Numbered from the whole stretch's first letter, positions 35,427 through 49,265 are shown. The stretch: DNA of 61,830 nt, filler included, from Squatina squatina (GCA_031763465.1; 4 parts of 4 records of this genome joined end to end with filler, not necessarily neighbours in it); one strand, 5' to 3'. Notes: generated from the letters alone by a model not told the origin. Made by a program: numbers and translations.

Positions 35427-37024
35427 TGGATAAATAAAATGGCCGCCCTGCGCAAAATGGCCGTCACCCTCACTTACAACAGCCACTGTATTTCAAAGTA
35501 ATTCACCTCACGTGAAGCACTTTGGAGCATTTGAGAGGCAGTCAGCTGCCATATAGATGCAAGTTTGTTCTGTCCTTTTCCTACAAACTCGGAAGCTACG
35601 CAGTTCGCAGGATCATCAAGATCCATGTGAGATTTGAATCGGTCAAGTTAATAAATCTTTGGCAAAAGAACCAAAGGCGACATGAGGAAAAACATTTTTA
35701 CGCAGTGAGTGGTAAATATCTGGAATTCACTGCCTGAGAGGGTGGTGGAAGCAGACTCAATCGTGGCTTTCAAAAGGGAATTTGTTAAGTCCCTGATGGA
35801 AAATAATCTGCAGGGCTATGGGGAAAGGGCGGGGGAGTGGGACTTGCTGAGGTGCTCTTACACAGAGGCGGCACGGGCTCGATGGGCTGAATGGCCTACT
35901 TCTGTGCTGTAACCATTCTATGATTCTATGAAAATATAACCCAAGACAAAAACACCAGTTTTGTGTCAGCTAACTTGCTGCTGCATATTTTTGTCACAAC
36001 ATCACCTGACCCGGACTTGAGTGAGTGTGTGGTTACAGTCGATCATTGTGGTGGACCCCTCATCATTTCTGAATATTTGGCTTTTCAAAGCAGCTACAAT
36101 CTGCAATGTCAAGGATTTCACCTCGCACTTGTCCCTTGCACATCTAAATCCCATCATCAGTCATTCAACGTATTCTTCAATAGTGGTTACATTGTAGGAA
36201 GAGGAATAGGCCATTCAGCCCATCGAGCCTGTTCCGCCATTCAATAAGATCATGGCTGATCTGTACCTCAACTCCATCTACCCAGCTTTTCTCCTCATCA
36301 CTTGATATGGAAGAACTCAGGAACAGGAGTCGGCCGTTCAGCCCCTCGAGACTGTTCCACCATTCAACTCCCTCCACCCGATTTGCTCCATGACCTTCGA
36401 CACCATTACAGGACACAAATCTCAGTCTTGAAAATTTCATTTGATGCCCCCACCCCCTGCTGAGCATCCACAAACCTTTTGTGGGGCGGGGGAAGACAGT
36501 TCCAGATTTCCACTCCCCTTCATGTGAAAAAAGTGCATTCTGTGTCATGTAAACAGAGGAACATTTTTGCTTGGTTTAATGGTAAGAGGATTCCTTTGCT
36601 CAGTGCTGCAAGTAGTGCTCGGCCCAGCGAGCAGCTGGAAACGGTAATGCTTTGCTGGCAAGAAGAGAGACACATGAGCACGTTGTTAATGGGAGCAGGA
36701 TCTGTGCAAGGACCCCGTCCCAACTGTTGAGCACACACCAGTGCTTCTACATGAGCATTTGATGCTGCCAACATCACTGCAAACCAACACCCATTATGGA
36801 ACACAATGCGACTCTGACAACGTCTCCCATGGTGTTGATCACAGGTATTCTGGGCCTGGAGCCTGGTTACTGATGGATACTGGGCACCACTCTCAGCTCC
36901 CTCATTGTTGACCCTCACTGACTGGCCCCTGGCCCAGCCCTCGAATTTGGTACTCACTCCCTGTTCTGTAAATGTAGTCAACGACTTATCATTGGTAGAC
37001 CTCCCATGCCATTGCTTATTGTTA

Positions 37025-37540
37025 GTCAATGAGAGACAGCATAGATTTGTGAAGGGTCAGTCATGTCTGACTAATCTAATAACCTTTCAGAGGAGGTCAT
37101 TAACATGGACAAGGGAGTGACTGTGGAAGTTATCTATGTTGACTTCCAGAGGGTTAAATTATGAGGACAGGCTGCATAGAGCAGGCGTGTATTCCCTTGA
37201 GTATAGAATATTAAACAGTGATAAAATTGAGACGTTTAAGATGATCAAAGAGTTGGTAGGGTAGATCGATAAAAACTATTTCCTCTGGCAGGGAAGCCCA
37301 GAATAAGGGGTCATGATCTTAAAATTAGAGCTGGCCTGGTCAGGGTTGAACATGTCAGGAAGCACTTCTTCACCCAAGTACTAGTGGAAATGTGGAACTC
37401 TCTCCCCACAAATCTATTGAGGCTGGGGATCAATTGAAAACTTCAAAAATGAGATTGGCAAATTTTTGTTAGGCAAGAGTATTAAGGAATGTGGAACCAA
37501 GGTGGGTAAATGGAGTTAACATACAGGCCAGCCATAGTTC
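37025..37540 (+). mobile_element. CR1 LINE fragments
   Basis: QHRFVKGQSCLTNLI motif fused to a degenerate 3' end. Confidence 0.8.
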
Positions 37541-37661
37541 AGCGAAACAAGTCATTGTCACCTAAATGATGCCCCAAGGTTTTTACCAAATATGGTTTCA
37601 AGGTGAGGCCCCTTTAACTGGTCAGGTATAAGTGTTACATCACAGAACAAGCCTGAGTCAC

Positions 37662-37842
37662 CCGTTGCGCATCACAATGAGGTTAGACACCACGACAGGT
37701 TTGTACACTGGATCGATTCGAGGCTGAGGCTTTTCCTCAACCAGATTAAGTGAAGGAAAGGGAGCGGTGCTGACTGGGACCAACTGGCTGATCTGTCCAG
37801 GAGTGAATGCGGTTGGATTGAAGATCTCAACAACTTTGCTTT
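37662..37842 (-). CDS. Unidentified candidate coding exon (SKVVEIFNPTAFTPGQISQLVPVSTAPFPSLNLVEEKPQPRIDPVYKPVVVSNLIVMRNG)
   Basis: Strong acceptor (ttgtttctgttctcttcag), donor CGG|GTGACT, only one frame open, non-repeat composition. Confidence 0.5.
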
Positions 37843-38394
37843 CTGAAGAGAACAGAAACAATGAAAGCATCATGAGCCAGCTGATTATTCTGAAGAGAAC
37901 ACCAGCAATGAAAGCATCATGAGCCAGCAGATGAGACAGAAGGTCATAAACTTTGAAAGGTTTGTCTTCACCTGTTTTATCTTGTATCATTAGTGAAAGT
38001 TATAATGAGCAAATGAAGAGTTTATCAGATACAGTAATATTGGTGCACAGTCAGGTGGAACAGTTCATTTTGTTATTGGTAGATCTCCCGTGGCGTTGCT
38101 CATAGGTAGACTGTGGCCTGGAGCCTGGTTACTGATGGTTACCGAGCCCCACTCTCAGCTCCTCACTGACCGGCTCCTCCCAGTCCTTGAGTTTGGTGCT
38201 CACTCTCTGCTCTGTCAATGTAGACAGCTACTTATCATTGGTAGATCTCCCATAGCTTTGTCTGGAGGGTGTGCAGTAGTTACAAATGTTGTCTGGGCCC
38301 CATTCTGAAGTACCAGGCAAATATTTATTAAGCAAAGTGTTCACCAGTACTGAGAGCTCAGGGTTAGAGGATAAGAGCATGGCAACGGGAGGAG

Positions 38395-39712
38395 GTAACA
38401 GGACACTTAGAAAATAATGATAGGATTGGACAGAGTCAACATGGATTTATGAAAATAAATTCATGTTTGACAAATCTGTTGGAGTTTTTTGAAGATGTGA
38501 CTGGCAGGGTATATAAGGGGGAACCAGTTGGATGTAGTGTATTTGGATTTTCAGAAGGCATTCGATAAGGTGCCTCTCAAGAGGTTGTTATACAAAATTA
38601 GGGCACATGGGATTGGGGGTAATGTAATGGCAATGATTGAGATTTGGTTAGTGGACAGAATACAGAGAGTAGGAATAAACAGGTCATTATCAGATTGGCA
38701 GACTATGACGAGTGGAGTACCACAATGGTCAGTGCTTGGGCCGCAGTTGTTCACAATCTATATCAATGATTTTGATGAGGGGACCAAATGTAATATTTCC
38801 AAGTTTGCTGATGTGACAAAGCTAGGTGGGAATGTAAATTGTGAGAAGCCTGAAGGGGATAGACAGGCTAAGTGAGGGAGCAAGAACATGGCAGATGAAA
38901 TATAATGTCAAAAAATGTGAAGTTATCCAATTTGGTTGGAAAAATAGAAATACAGAATATTTTTTAAATGGTGAAGACATTGGGTAATGTTGATGTTCAG
39001 AGGGATCTGGGCATCCTTGTACATGAATCACTGAAAGTTAACATGCAGGTGCAGCAGCAACTAAGAGAGCAAACAGTGTATTGGCCTTTATTAAGAGGAT
39101 TTGAGTATACGAGTAAAAACGTCTTGCTGAAATTATATCAGGCCTTGGTGAGACCGCACCTGTTGTATTGTGTACAGTTTTGGTCTGCTTACTTATGGAA
39201 GGATATTCTTGCCATCGAGGGAGTGCAACAAAGGTTCACCTGACTGATTCCTGGGATGGCAGGATTGTCCTATGAGGAGAGATTGAGTAGACTAGGCCTA
39301 TATCCTCTAGAGTTTAGAAGAATGAGAGGTGATCTCATTGGAATATACACATTTTTTACAGGGCTTGACAGGGTAGATGCAGGGAAGATGTTACCTCTTT
39401 CTGCGGGGTCTAGAACCAGGAGTCACTGTTTTAAAATAAAGGGTAGGCTATTTAGGAATGAGATGAGGAGATATTTCTTCACTGAGAGGGTGGTGAATAT
39501 TTGGAATTGATTACCCCAGAGGGCTGTGGAGGCTCAGTCATTGAGTATATTCAAGACAGAGATCGCTAGATATTTAGATATTAAGGGAATCAAGGGATAT
39601 ATGGGGATAGTGCAGGAAAATGACGTTGAGGTAGAAGATCAGCCATGGTCTTGTTGAATGGCGGAGCAGGCTCGAGAGGCTCGAAGTCCTGCTCCTATTT
39701 CTTATGTTCTTA
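38395..39712 (+). mobile_element. CR1 LINE, 5'-truncated (RT to 3' UTR)
   Basis: QHGFMK..SCLTNL, DVVYLDFQKAFDKVP, SGVPQ.SVLGP, KFAD.TKLGG, LVRPHL.YCVQFWS; degenerate. Confidence 0.95.
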
Positions 39713-39721
39713 TATTATTAG

Positions 39722-41000
39722 AAGAACTAGGAGCAGGAATAGGCCATTCGGCCCCTCAAGCCTGTTCCGCCATTCAATGCGATCATGGCCAATCTGATCT
39801 TGGCCTCAACTCCACTTTCCTGCCTGTTTCCCATCAGCCTTGACTCCCCTGTAGTTTAGAAATCTGTCAATCTCAGCCTTGAATATATTCAATGACAGCC
39901 TCCACAGCTGTCTAGGGTAAGGAATTCCAAAGATTCACGACAATCTGAGAGAAGAAATTCCCCCTCATCTCCGTCTTAAATGTGCGACCTCTTATTCTGA
40001 GATGATGCCCCCTGGTTCTAGGTTCCCCCACGAGGGGAAACATCCTCTCAGCATCTACCCTGTCAAGACCCTTCTGAATGTTATAAGTTTAAATAAGATC
40101 ACCTCTCATTCTTCCAAACTTCAATGGGCCCAACCTGCTCAATCCTTACTCAAAAGACAACCACTTCATCCAGGAATCAACCTGGTGAACTTTCGCTGAA
40201 CTGCCTCCAATGCAAAAATATCCCTCCTTAAATAAGGAGACCAAAACTGTAGGCAGTAAATTGAGGTGTGGTCTCACCAACATTCTGCCCTGTACAGTTG
40301 TAGCAAGACTTCCCTATTTTTATACTCCATCCCCCTTGCACTAAAGGCCAACATTCCATTTGCCGTCCTTAATACTTGCTGTACCTGAATGCTAACTTTT
40401 TGTGTTTCATGTACGAGGACACCCAGATCCCTCTGTATCGCAGCATTCTATAGTCTCTATTGAAATAATATTTTGCGTTCCACTTCTTCCTACCAAAGTG
40501 GATAACTTCACATTTTCCCACATTATACTCCATCTGTCAAATTTTTGCCCACTCACTTAACCTATCTGTATCCATTTGCAGACTCTTCGTGTCCTCCAAA
40601 CCACTTGTCTCCCCACCTATGTTTTATCGTCAGCGAACTTGGCTATAATACACTTCAAATCATAAATATATATTGTAAATAGTTGTGGCCCCAGCATTGA
40701 TCCCTGTGGCACCCCACTAGTTACAGTTTGCCAACCTGAAAATTACCCATTTATCCCGACTCTGTTTCCTGTTAGTTAGTCAATCCTTTATTCATATTAA
40801 TATATTACCCCCAACATTATGAGCGCTTATCTTGCTGTGCAGTAACATTTAATGTGGCACCTTGTCGAATGCCTTTTGGAAATCCACTGGTTCCCCTTTA
40901 TCCAACCTGCTCATCACTTCCTGAAAGATCTCTAATAAATTTGTCAAATATGATTTCCCTTTCATGTTGACTCTTCCTGATGGGATTATGATTTTCTAAA
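39722..41000 (-). mobile_element. CR1 LINE, 5'-truncated, antisense
   Basis: Same RT motifs in reverse complement (gtggcaccttgtcgaatgccttttggaaatcc; ccccagcattgatccctgtggcacccc). Confidence 0.93.
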
Positions 41001-41499
41001 TGTCTGTTAAGACTGGAATGTAGGGCGGGGGGAATTGAAGAAATTGTTCGCACAAGAGGGGAATATAAAATGCTTATAGTTGTCCTTGTTGCAATCCAGT
41101 GATTTCTGTGTAATTGCTTCCTCTGCTACAGGTGCACGGTTGGTGTCAGGATGAGTGAGAGGATATGATCACCCACAAGAGAGAGAGCCCGTCCTGACCA
41201 AAATCAAATCAACGGCAGCAGCGACACTGAAAGACTCCTCACGCATTCCCTCTGTGTCCCATCCATTTCTCAGTGCCAACTCTACACCATTTAATTTGTT
41301 TTTTATTTGACGACCATTAACAGATCGATCTACAGGCGCAGGCAATGACTGGAGATGGTGTTGAACCAACTTTCTCCATTTTGGTGCATTTCTTTCCCAT
41401 CCCGCCAGGTCTGTAATCTCTATCAGATCTGCCTAGCCTTATTCTGACATCTATTTTATTGTTAATTTTTAAAATGTCCCACGTCCTCTCCTTCCTCCC

Positions 41500-43699
41500 T
41501 TGTTGTCCCCTGGGCTGGACCTTCACGTTCAGCCTTCATGTCCCCGCATCGGCATCAAGCACCAACCCAGCTCCAACTCCAGGCTCAGTTCGGCACCGCT
41601 CGGGGTTAACTGTACTGGCACTGGATAGGGCCCAGTCCATACAGTCATCTCTGACCGATGTCGGCTGGGGGTCCACCTTGGGACTGAACATGAAAGTCTC
41701 AAGGCGGGACGCTCCGGTTGTTGCCTCGATGGTGTAGAGTGGGACAGGCTGGTTAAGGCCACTCGCTAACCAATCCCTGCCATCCCAGTACACACCTTCG
41801 GGTGAAGCCCCGGTACCACCTTGTACCGAGGCCTCCCAGAATAGAGGAAGAGTCCTCCTCTGGCACCAGCTGGTTCGGAGGTGTCCGTGCCTACTGGTGC
41901 CAGAATCAGGCTGGTTCCCCCAAGCGCCGCCAGCTACTGTTGGTGTGTCCTTCACCAGAGGCATCCATTGTCCCCTCTGGTGACACCAACCCAGCCCCGG
42001 GACATTGGTCTCCAGTTGGCGCCAACTCATTTGGGGGCACCACCCTCGGGGGTCTCGACCCCACTCAGGGTCACCTATGCTGAGGGTGAATTCCACTTTG
42101 GTGAGGGCAGTCGCAGGCCTCTGTTTGCTATTTATAGATCTGTGACTCCCACCCACCACTGTGGACCCACCTTCAGCCACTCCCTACAATACTCAAGGGG
42201 TACTCCCAGGGAGGGTGCCTGAGCTGCAGAAGCCAGGTTGGGAGCTTGAATCGACCATGACTTCCATGCGTTGAGGCTTTTCCATGTGTTCACCACAAGG
42301 GTGACTTCGAGTCTGAAACTGAGAGTCCGGAAGTCCCTTCACAGCGGGGTTGAGTCTTTACTTGGGGTCTTGCAAAGGGCTCAGGCATTGACATTAGTTG
42401 GGTTCCTCCGACCAATTTCCATGGCAGTTAAGCAAGTGTTAAGCATCCTCCAGTTATGGTCAAGCTAGAGAGTGTCCATAGTATCTCCGCCACCCTGCCT
42501 CACAACTTAAGGTTTGCTGGTATCGCTGGCGAACTTCAGTCGTGAAAGCATCAGAACCAAATGGTGGGACATGTGGGTCTGGCGGATCTTCCTGCAGGGT
42601 TTGGCACATATCCCATTTCCCTGCCACCAAATACACTGGGGCCGGCTTTACTTACCAGCAGGTGAGTTGAGGGAGCAATCCCTGCCACAGAGGACCAGCT
42701 TCAGAGAGCATCTACTGCAGCCACAGTCTGTGTGGGTGCCCTCATTGTAGGAGCAGGATCTCTTGTCCAGTGGCTCTTGCATCACCACTTAGATTGACCT
42801 TGCACTTTGGGGATCCTTCAGGTACTGCAGATGCCCATTGGTGTTGAGGGTTGCTTGGCGAGCAAGTGGAGGAGCTGCTGCAGCAGAACCTTCAGGCATT
42901 CCCGAATTAGCATACAAGGGTGGGGGGCACCGCTCACTTTGCAGCTTAGCCCACCCCATCTATAGGGTCCTTCCACTCACCACTACCAATCCATTCCAAT
43001 CCACTCACCACCTATCCACTAACCACCACCAATGTACTCACCTCCTCCAATTCATTCATCACCACCAATTTAATCCAATACACTCACCTCCACCAATCCA
43101 TTCACCTCCAGCAGCCTTTTCAAGGCTTCATCCGGAACACAATGTCCTTTGTATAATGCTAGCCTGTCATTCCAGATTTGGACCTGGAATGCAGGTAGTT
43201 CGCAACAAGTAACCTTTGAGACCCTGCCCAGTGAACATGCTTGGATCCAGGAACCATCTACTAGTGGGCATACTGGCAGGTGACATCATGGTTTACCATC
43301 CACACTGAGAGCTCAACTGTTGTGCGGATATTTCTCCCCAGTTGAGTCTTCTGGATGACAATCACTTCGCCAGTAAAGTTTCCACAGGTCTCCTTTGTTG
43401 CAGCATCTGAACTAGAGCTGGTGGTCCTGGGAACACTGTGCTCTCCAGGCATTGGTGCTACAGCCATCAGTCTCTTCAGGTAATGCTTCAACATATGGAT
43501 GGGAGGCACATTCAGGATGGATGGTCTTCTCGACAAGTGAGTTCACTTGACATTTCAGCAGGCTCAGAGTGTGAACGGTACAATAGGACATTCTTCACTT
43601 TCAGACTCGGTGCGGGGTAAGCCAATGTGTCTCGAGACAGGTAATATGACAGTAGTCCGGTAAGTCAACAAACAGGGTGGGACTCCTTGCTGGGTCCCT
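41500..43699 (+). mobile_element. Degenerate DIRS1-like (tyrosine-recombinase) retrotransposon
   Basis: GNMTVVR*VNKQGGT at ~43640-43685 matches the DIRS RNase H motif DN.T.V.Y.NKQGGT; decayed DAS..GWG and HIN.LEL-like motifs upstream. The 5' boundary is a guess. Confidence 0.55.
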
Positions 43700-43799
43700 N
43701 NNNNNNNNNNNNNNNNNNNNNNNNNNNNNNNNNNNNNNNNNNNNNNNNNNNNNNNNNNNNNNNNNNNNNNNNNNNNNNNNNNNNNNNNNNNNNNNNNNN

Positions 43800-44278
43800 G
43801 GATATACTTACCTTAGAGGGAGTACAACAAACGTTGACTAGACTGATTCCTGGGATGGAAGCGGATTGTCCTATGAGGAGAGATTGAGTAGACTAGGCCT
43901 GTATTCCCCAGAGATTAGAAGAATTAGAGGTCACCTCATTGAACTCTGTACAGTTTTTAAGGGGCTTGACAGCTTGACAGGCTGTTTCCCCTGGCTGAGG
44001 AAACAGTCTCAGAATAAGGAGTCAGCCATTTTGGACTGAGATGAGGAGAAGATTTTCGCTCAAAGGGTTGTGAATCTTTGGAATTCTGTACCCCAGAGGG
44101 CTGTAGATGCTCAATCATCAAGTATGTTCGAGACAGAGATCAATAGACTTTGAATACAATGGATCCATGGGATACGGGAAAAGTACTGGAAGGTGGAGTT
44201 GATGTAGAAGATCAGCCATGGCGGAGCAGGCTCGAGGGCCAAATGGCCTACTCCTGCTTCTATTTCTTATGTTCTTAT
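43800..44278 (+). mobile_element. CR1 LINE 3' end
   Basis: DILTLEGVQQ.LTRLIPGM and the typical 3' UTR. Confidence 0.85.
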
Positions 44279-45124
44279 AAATGCAAGTTCTTTCTTTCAA
44301 TAATCGTACATATTTGTCCCCTTGGGGTCCTTACTTTTCCATTTAAATAGAAATGTAATATGTACTTGTAACCATTTTTAAATCAGTGAAGTATTTCTGA
44401 GAATAGCAATACAAGGCAAACTATACCCAGCCGATGAGCAATGCATGATTCAAACTTCAATGAAAACCAGGAATACAACTTCTGAATTCTTTGTAAACAA
44501 ACGTATGTGCTCATAATGTTCAGTTTTTCATCAATATTTATAATTAAATCTTAACATATTCCGTATGAATATAATTTTATTCTCTTGAACACATTTTTGC
44601 ACAAGATGAACATAGGCTTTTGTTAGTGCTCTTTAAAGGGAAAAAGACTCAAATAAGGATTTCATGAGCAATATTTTATATTCATGGCATTACATGGATT
44701 CTGCAAATTGCAAAGCTATAATTTCTTTCAAACTACCAGTAAATTTTGCGCTTGAACTCTAGGCAACGTCATTTTCATTCAGGAAGCTAGTAATGTACTG
44801 GCTAGGGTGACCAGATGTCCCGGTTTTGCTGGGACACTCCCGGTTTGTGAGGACATGTCNNNNNNNNNNNNNNNNNNNNNNNNNNNNNNNNNNNNNNNNN
44901 NNNNNNNNNNNNNNNNNNNNNNNNNNNNNNNNNNNNNNNNNNNNNNNNNNNNNNNNNNNCGCCCGTTTTGCGCTGGCGCAAACGGGACCCAAATTTTGCG
45001 CCTGTGTTTTAGCGCCAAAAGTGGCTTAATGCCAGTTTTGCGCCACTTTAACGCTAGAAGTTTTACCACGAATTGTCCGCCCTTGATCACCTTACCCAGG
45101 GAAGGATAGACTTGCCTTAGAGGA

Positions 45125-45597
45125 TGATGAAACAAAGGTTCACTAGCTTGACTCCTGGGATGAGAGGGCTGTCCTATGAGGAGAGATGGAGTAGAATGGG
45201 CCTATATTCACACTAGAGTCGAGAAGAATGAAAGGTGATCTCATTGAAACTATAAAATTCTTAGAGGGCTTGAGAGGGTAGATGCTGAGAGGTTGTTTCT
45301 GGAGATCACAGTCTCAGAATATGGAGTTGGACATTTAGGGCTGAGGCGAGGAGAAATTTCTTCATTCAGAGGGTTGTGAATCTTTGGAATTCTTACCCAG
45401 AGGGCTGTGGCTGTTCAGTCAATAAGTATATTCAAGACGGAGATCGATAGATTTTTGGGAACTAAGGTAATCAAGGGATATGGTGATAGGGCAGGAGAGT
45501 GGAGTTGATGTAGAAGTTCAGCCGTGAACTTTTTGAATGGCGGAGCAGGCTCAAGGAGTCGTATGGCCTACTCTTGCTCGTATTTCTTATGTTCTGA
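45125..45597 (+). mobile_element. CR1 LINE 3' end
   Basis: Same family as 39200-39712. Confidence 0.85.
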
Positions 45598-46014
45598 TAG
45601 AGGTCTTCAAAATTATGAAGGGTTCAATAGGGCGGATGCAGAGAAATGGTTACACTTTTGGGTGAGTCTAGAACAAGTGGTTATCAACACAAGATAGTCA
45701 ATTCCAGATCAGTCAATCCTGGAGCACATGGTGTAAACCTCCAGCACCAGCTGCAGAGGTCCTAAGCATAGTTCGGTTTTCTCAAGAACATACCAACTGA
45801 TGTTATAGATACCAGGGATTCTACAAATCATGCAGATGAAATTAGCTGCACAGTCTGCACCAGTACCCAGACAACGGGTCAAAAATTCTGGTTGGAGCCT
45901 TGCGGCATGCAAAGACCTCCAACCGGAAAGATTTCTATGAAACTACCTGGTGGCCTGCGGGTTTCGTACTCCTCCGGTTGCAGGCCCAGAATCGCAGTCC
46001 AGTGCAGAGGCCTC

Positions 46015-46114
46015 NNNNNNNNNNNNNNNNNNNNNNNNNNNNNNNNNNNNNNNNNNNNTTAATTAATTAANNNNNNNNNNNNNNNNNNNNNNNNNNNNNN
46101 NNNNNNNNNNNNNN
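46015..46114. other. Artificial scaffold linker
   Basis: N44-TTAATTAATTAA-N44. Confidence 0.97.
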
Positions 46115-47341
46115 GGGATAGTTTCTAACAGATTATTCCACACTGAAGCTCCCTTGCCAGCTTAGTTTGACTTTTTGACACTAAATCTTACTGATCTGGC
46201 CCAAGTAGCTAGCATGAGTTCAGATTCCATAGCATCAGCAATAATCCATGTAATGGCATTTTACAATAACTATTCTCTGCCACCCTTCCAGAATAGCTAA
46301 CTGACCAAGTTTTTATCTATTTGGATTTTGTACTTTTGGCATGGTATCAAATTTTGACTTGTAATTTGGCCCATGTAGACTAGAACAATGAATACAGTTG
46401 GAAGGCCATTCCTTTTCCAGCAAACTAACAATTGTTGGAATTGACTTTCAAATAAGTCATTCTTTGGCAAAGATGAGCTCAAATTGAGTTGGGTTGCAAA
46501 TGTGTATTGGATGACCAGAGAACTTGCTGATTTCAGTACTAGTATACATACTGCTTTCTCAAGGTAACACTGGTCTTTATCCAGACTCTAGGATAACTTG
46601 GTCAGACTGTCTTTAGTCAACAGGAGCACTGCACTTTCTCTAAACTTGCAATTTAAAATTTCAGATCTCAATTGTCAACACTGAAGATGATTCAGCTTGA
46701 TCTTTATTATGGATGGATTCTTTTTAATCAACCTACAATTTGATATCCAGCTCAGTGGCACCACATGTCCTCTTGTGTGGACAGTATTTTCTACTACACA
46801 AATATTTATTTAAAGGAGTAAAATGTCACTGTTTTGGTACCATTCCTGAATCTTGCAGTATTGAGATTAACTTTGCAAGCACTTTCACATTAAGCCATTG
46901 TATGGAGAATGCAGACTAATCTAAATACTGTTACTTGTATAAAAACTTGTAAATAAGTCTTGGCATTTTGAATACTCTGTAAATAACTAATATATACAAT
47001 AACATTTTTGCAATGGTTGGGGTAAAAGGACAACTAGGATACCAAACTGCCAAGGGTTTGTAAGAATTTTTATGTGCCAAATACAAATTTGTCTAACTTG
47101 TTTACAGAAATATTGCCATGCTTGGGGGGGAAAGCAATGCTGTAAATGTTTTGACTATGAAATAAATGTCATAATTGNNNNNNNNNNNNNNNNNNNNNNN
47201 NNNNNNNNNNNNNNNNNNNNNNNNNNNNNNNNNNNNNNNNNNNNNNNNNNNNNNNNNNNNNNNNNNNNNNNNNNNNNTTCAATCCACTTGCTACTTTGCG
47301 TGAACAGATAAGTTCTTTTAAAGAAGAAACAGCAGACAGAA

Positions 47342-48646
47342 ATGTTAAAGCTCAAGCAAAGACGCCAGAGTCTGTTTGCAAACTATAAGCTAGGAGAGAG
47401 TTTAAGTGCGGCTCAGCGACAAGGGAATGACTTGCCATTTGTGAAAGACTGTTCCTTGAAACCATGGAGCTCCATGCAAGAACTTGGGTCTGATATCTAT
47501 GAAATTAAATATGATGATGAAACAGATTCTGACGAAGAGTTACCAACTGTCCCCCAGTACAAACTAAATTCTCCCTCAAAAGATTATCAGTTAAATATTA
47601 ACGTTGGAGGCNNNNNNNNNNACCGTGCTGCTGCCCGGTTTCCTAAGACCAGAATTGGAAAATTGGCCACTTACACTGATTCCGCAAGGAAATTGGATCT
47701 GTGTGATGACTACAGTGTGAGAAACAATGAATACTTCTTTGATCGAGATCCTGAAATCTTCCACCATATCTTTAACTTCTACAGGACAGGGGTTTTGTGG
47801 ATCAAAAATGAGCTCTGTCCCAGAAACTTTCTTGAAGAGATCCACTACTGGGGTATACGGATCAAAAACAGTAATAGGTGCTGCAGAATCTCCTTTGAAG
47901 AAAGACAAGATGAGTTGAATGAGCAGCAAAAGGTACAACGAGAGCTCCAAGCAGAACTTGAAGTGGAAGAAGATGAGGAACACTTCAGAGACTTGCTATT
48001 TGGTCACCAGAGAAGAAGAATTTGGAACTTAGTGGAAAAGCCTTTCTCTTCGGTTATAGCTAAGATGATGGCAGTGGCTTCGAGTATTGTTGTACTAGTC
48101 TCCATTGTAGCCATGGCCTTGAACACAGTTGAAGAAATGCAGTTCAAAAGTGCAGCTGGCCAACTGAGTGGTCATACCTACATGGAGCATGTGGAAACTA
48201 TTTGCATCATATTCTTTACTGTAGAGTTCCTGCTAAGAGTAATGTCCACACCAGATATTGAGAAGTTTACAAGAAGCGTTCTAAATGCAGTTGATCTTAT
48301 TGCAATCCTCCCCTTTTATCTCCAAGTCACCCTCGAATGTTTTGAGGATGAAGACTATGGGAGGCATGATCAGGATATTGAGAGAGTGGGCAGAGTAGGA
48401 AAAGTTGGCCAAGTACTGAGGATCATGAGACTGATGAGAATTTTCCGGATTTTAAAGCTTGCCCGGCATTCCACTGGACTGAGGGCATTTGGTTTCACAT
48501 TGAAGCAATGCTACCAGCAGGTTGGCTGCCTTTTCCTCTTTATAGCAATGGGCATATTTTCCTTTTCTGCTCTGGTCTTCTCTGTTGAACATGACGTCCC
48601 AGGGACTAATTTTACATCTATACCACATGCCTGGTGGTGGGCTGCG
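47342..48646 (+). CDS. KCNV2: Kv8.2 voltage-gated K+ channel modifier subunit, exon 1
   Basis: T1 domain (LNINVGG…EYFFDRDP…NFYRTG), S1-S5, S4 [36 protein letters not shown], pore helix IPHAWWWAA then GTGAGT donor; next to PUM3. Confidence 0.93.
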
Positions 48647-49265
48647 GTGAGTACAATCTAACAATTCCTGAACTAATGGGGAAGGGTTACTTTGCTTAAT
48701 AAGTAACTATCTTCAGTGCTTAAAGTGCAGTGTCAGGGATGTTGTATCGTTAATTCCAAAATATCATTTTGTGATGATTCGTGAGGGCTGTCAATCTCGG
48801 GGAGAGGTAAATTAATTTTCATTATCAACCTTCCCTGGTTCGGTGCATGGGCCAAATTCAGAGTTAAGCTCACTCTACACTGTCCCCAAAGTATATCATG
48901 ACTGCAACCACAGAAGAGTGCTATGCATCTAGCCCATGCTATGTTAATATGACTCAAATGTGAATTTTTCTCCAAGCGCATCCTTATAGCTCCTTTGATT
49001 GGCACTGACAATTTAGTGTCAATTTGTACCAAATTATGGACTGCTTTGCATTGAAATTGTTATTTTATATTGTATCCTTACTAATTGTAGGGAGAGGGGC
49101 TGTCTTCATCAGTTCATGAGAGGTAAGGACAACAATAGAATGAGAGGTGATCTCATTGAAACATANNNNNNNNNNNNNNNNNNNNNNNNNNNNNNNNNNN
49201 NNNNNNNNNNNNNNNNNNNNNNNNNNNNNNNNNNNNNNNNNNNNNNNNNNNNNNNNNNNNNNNNN

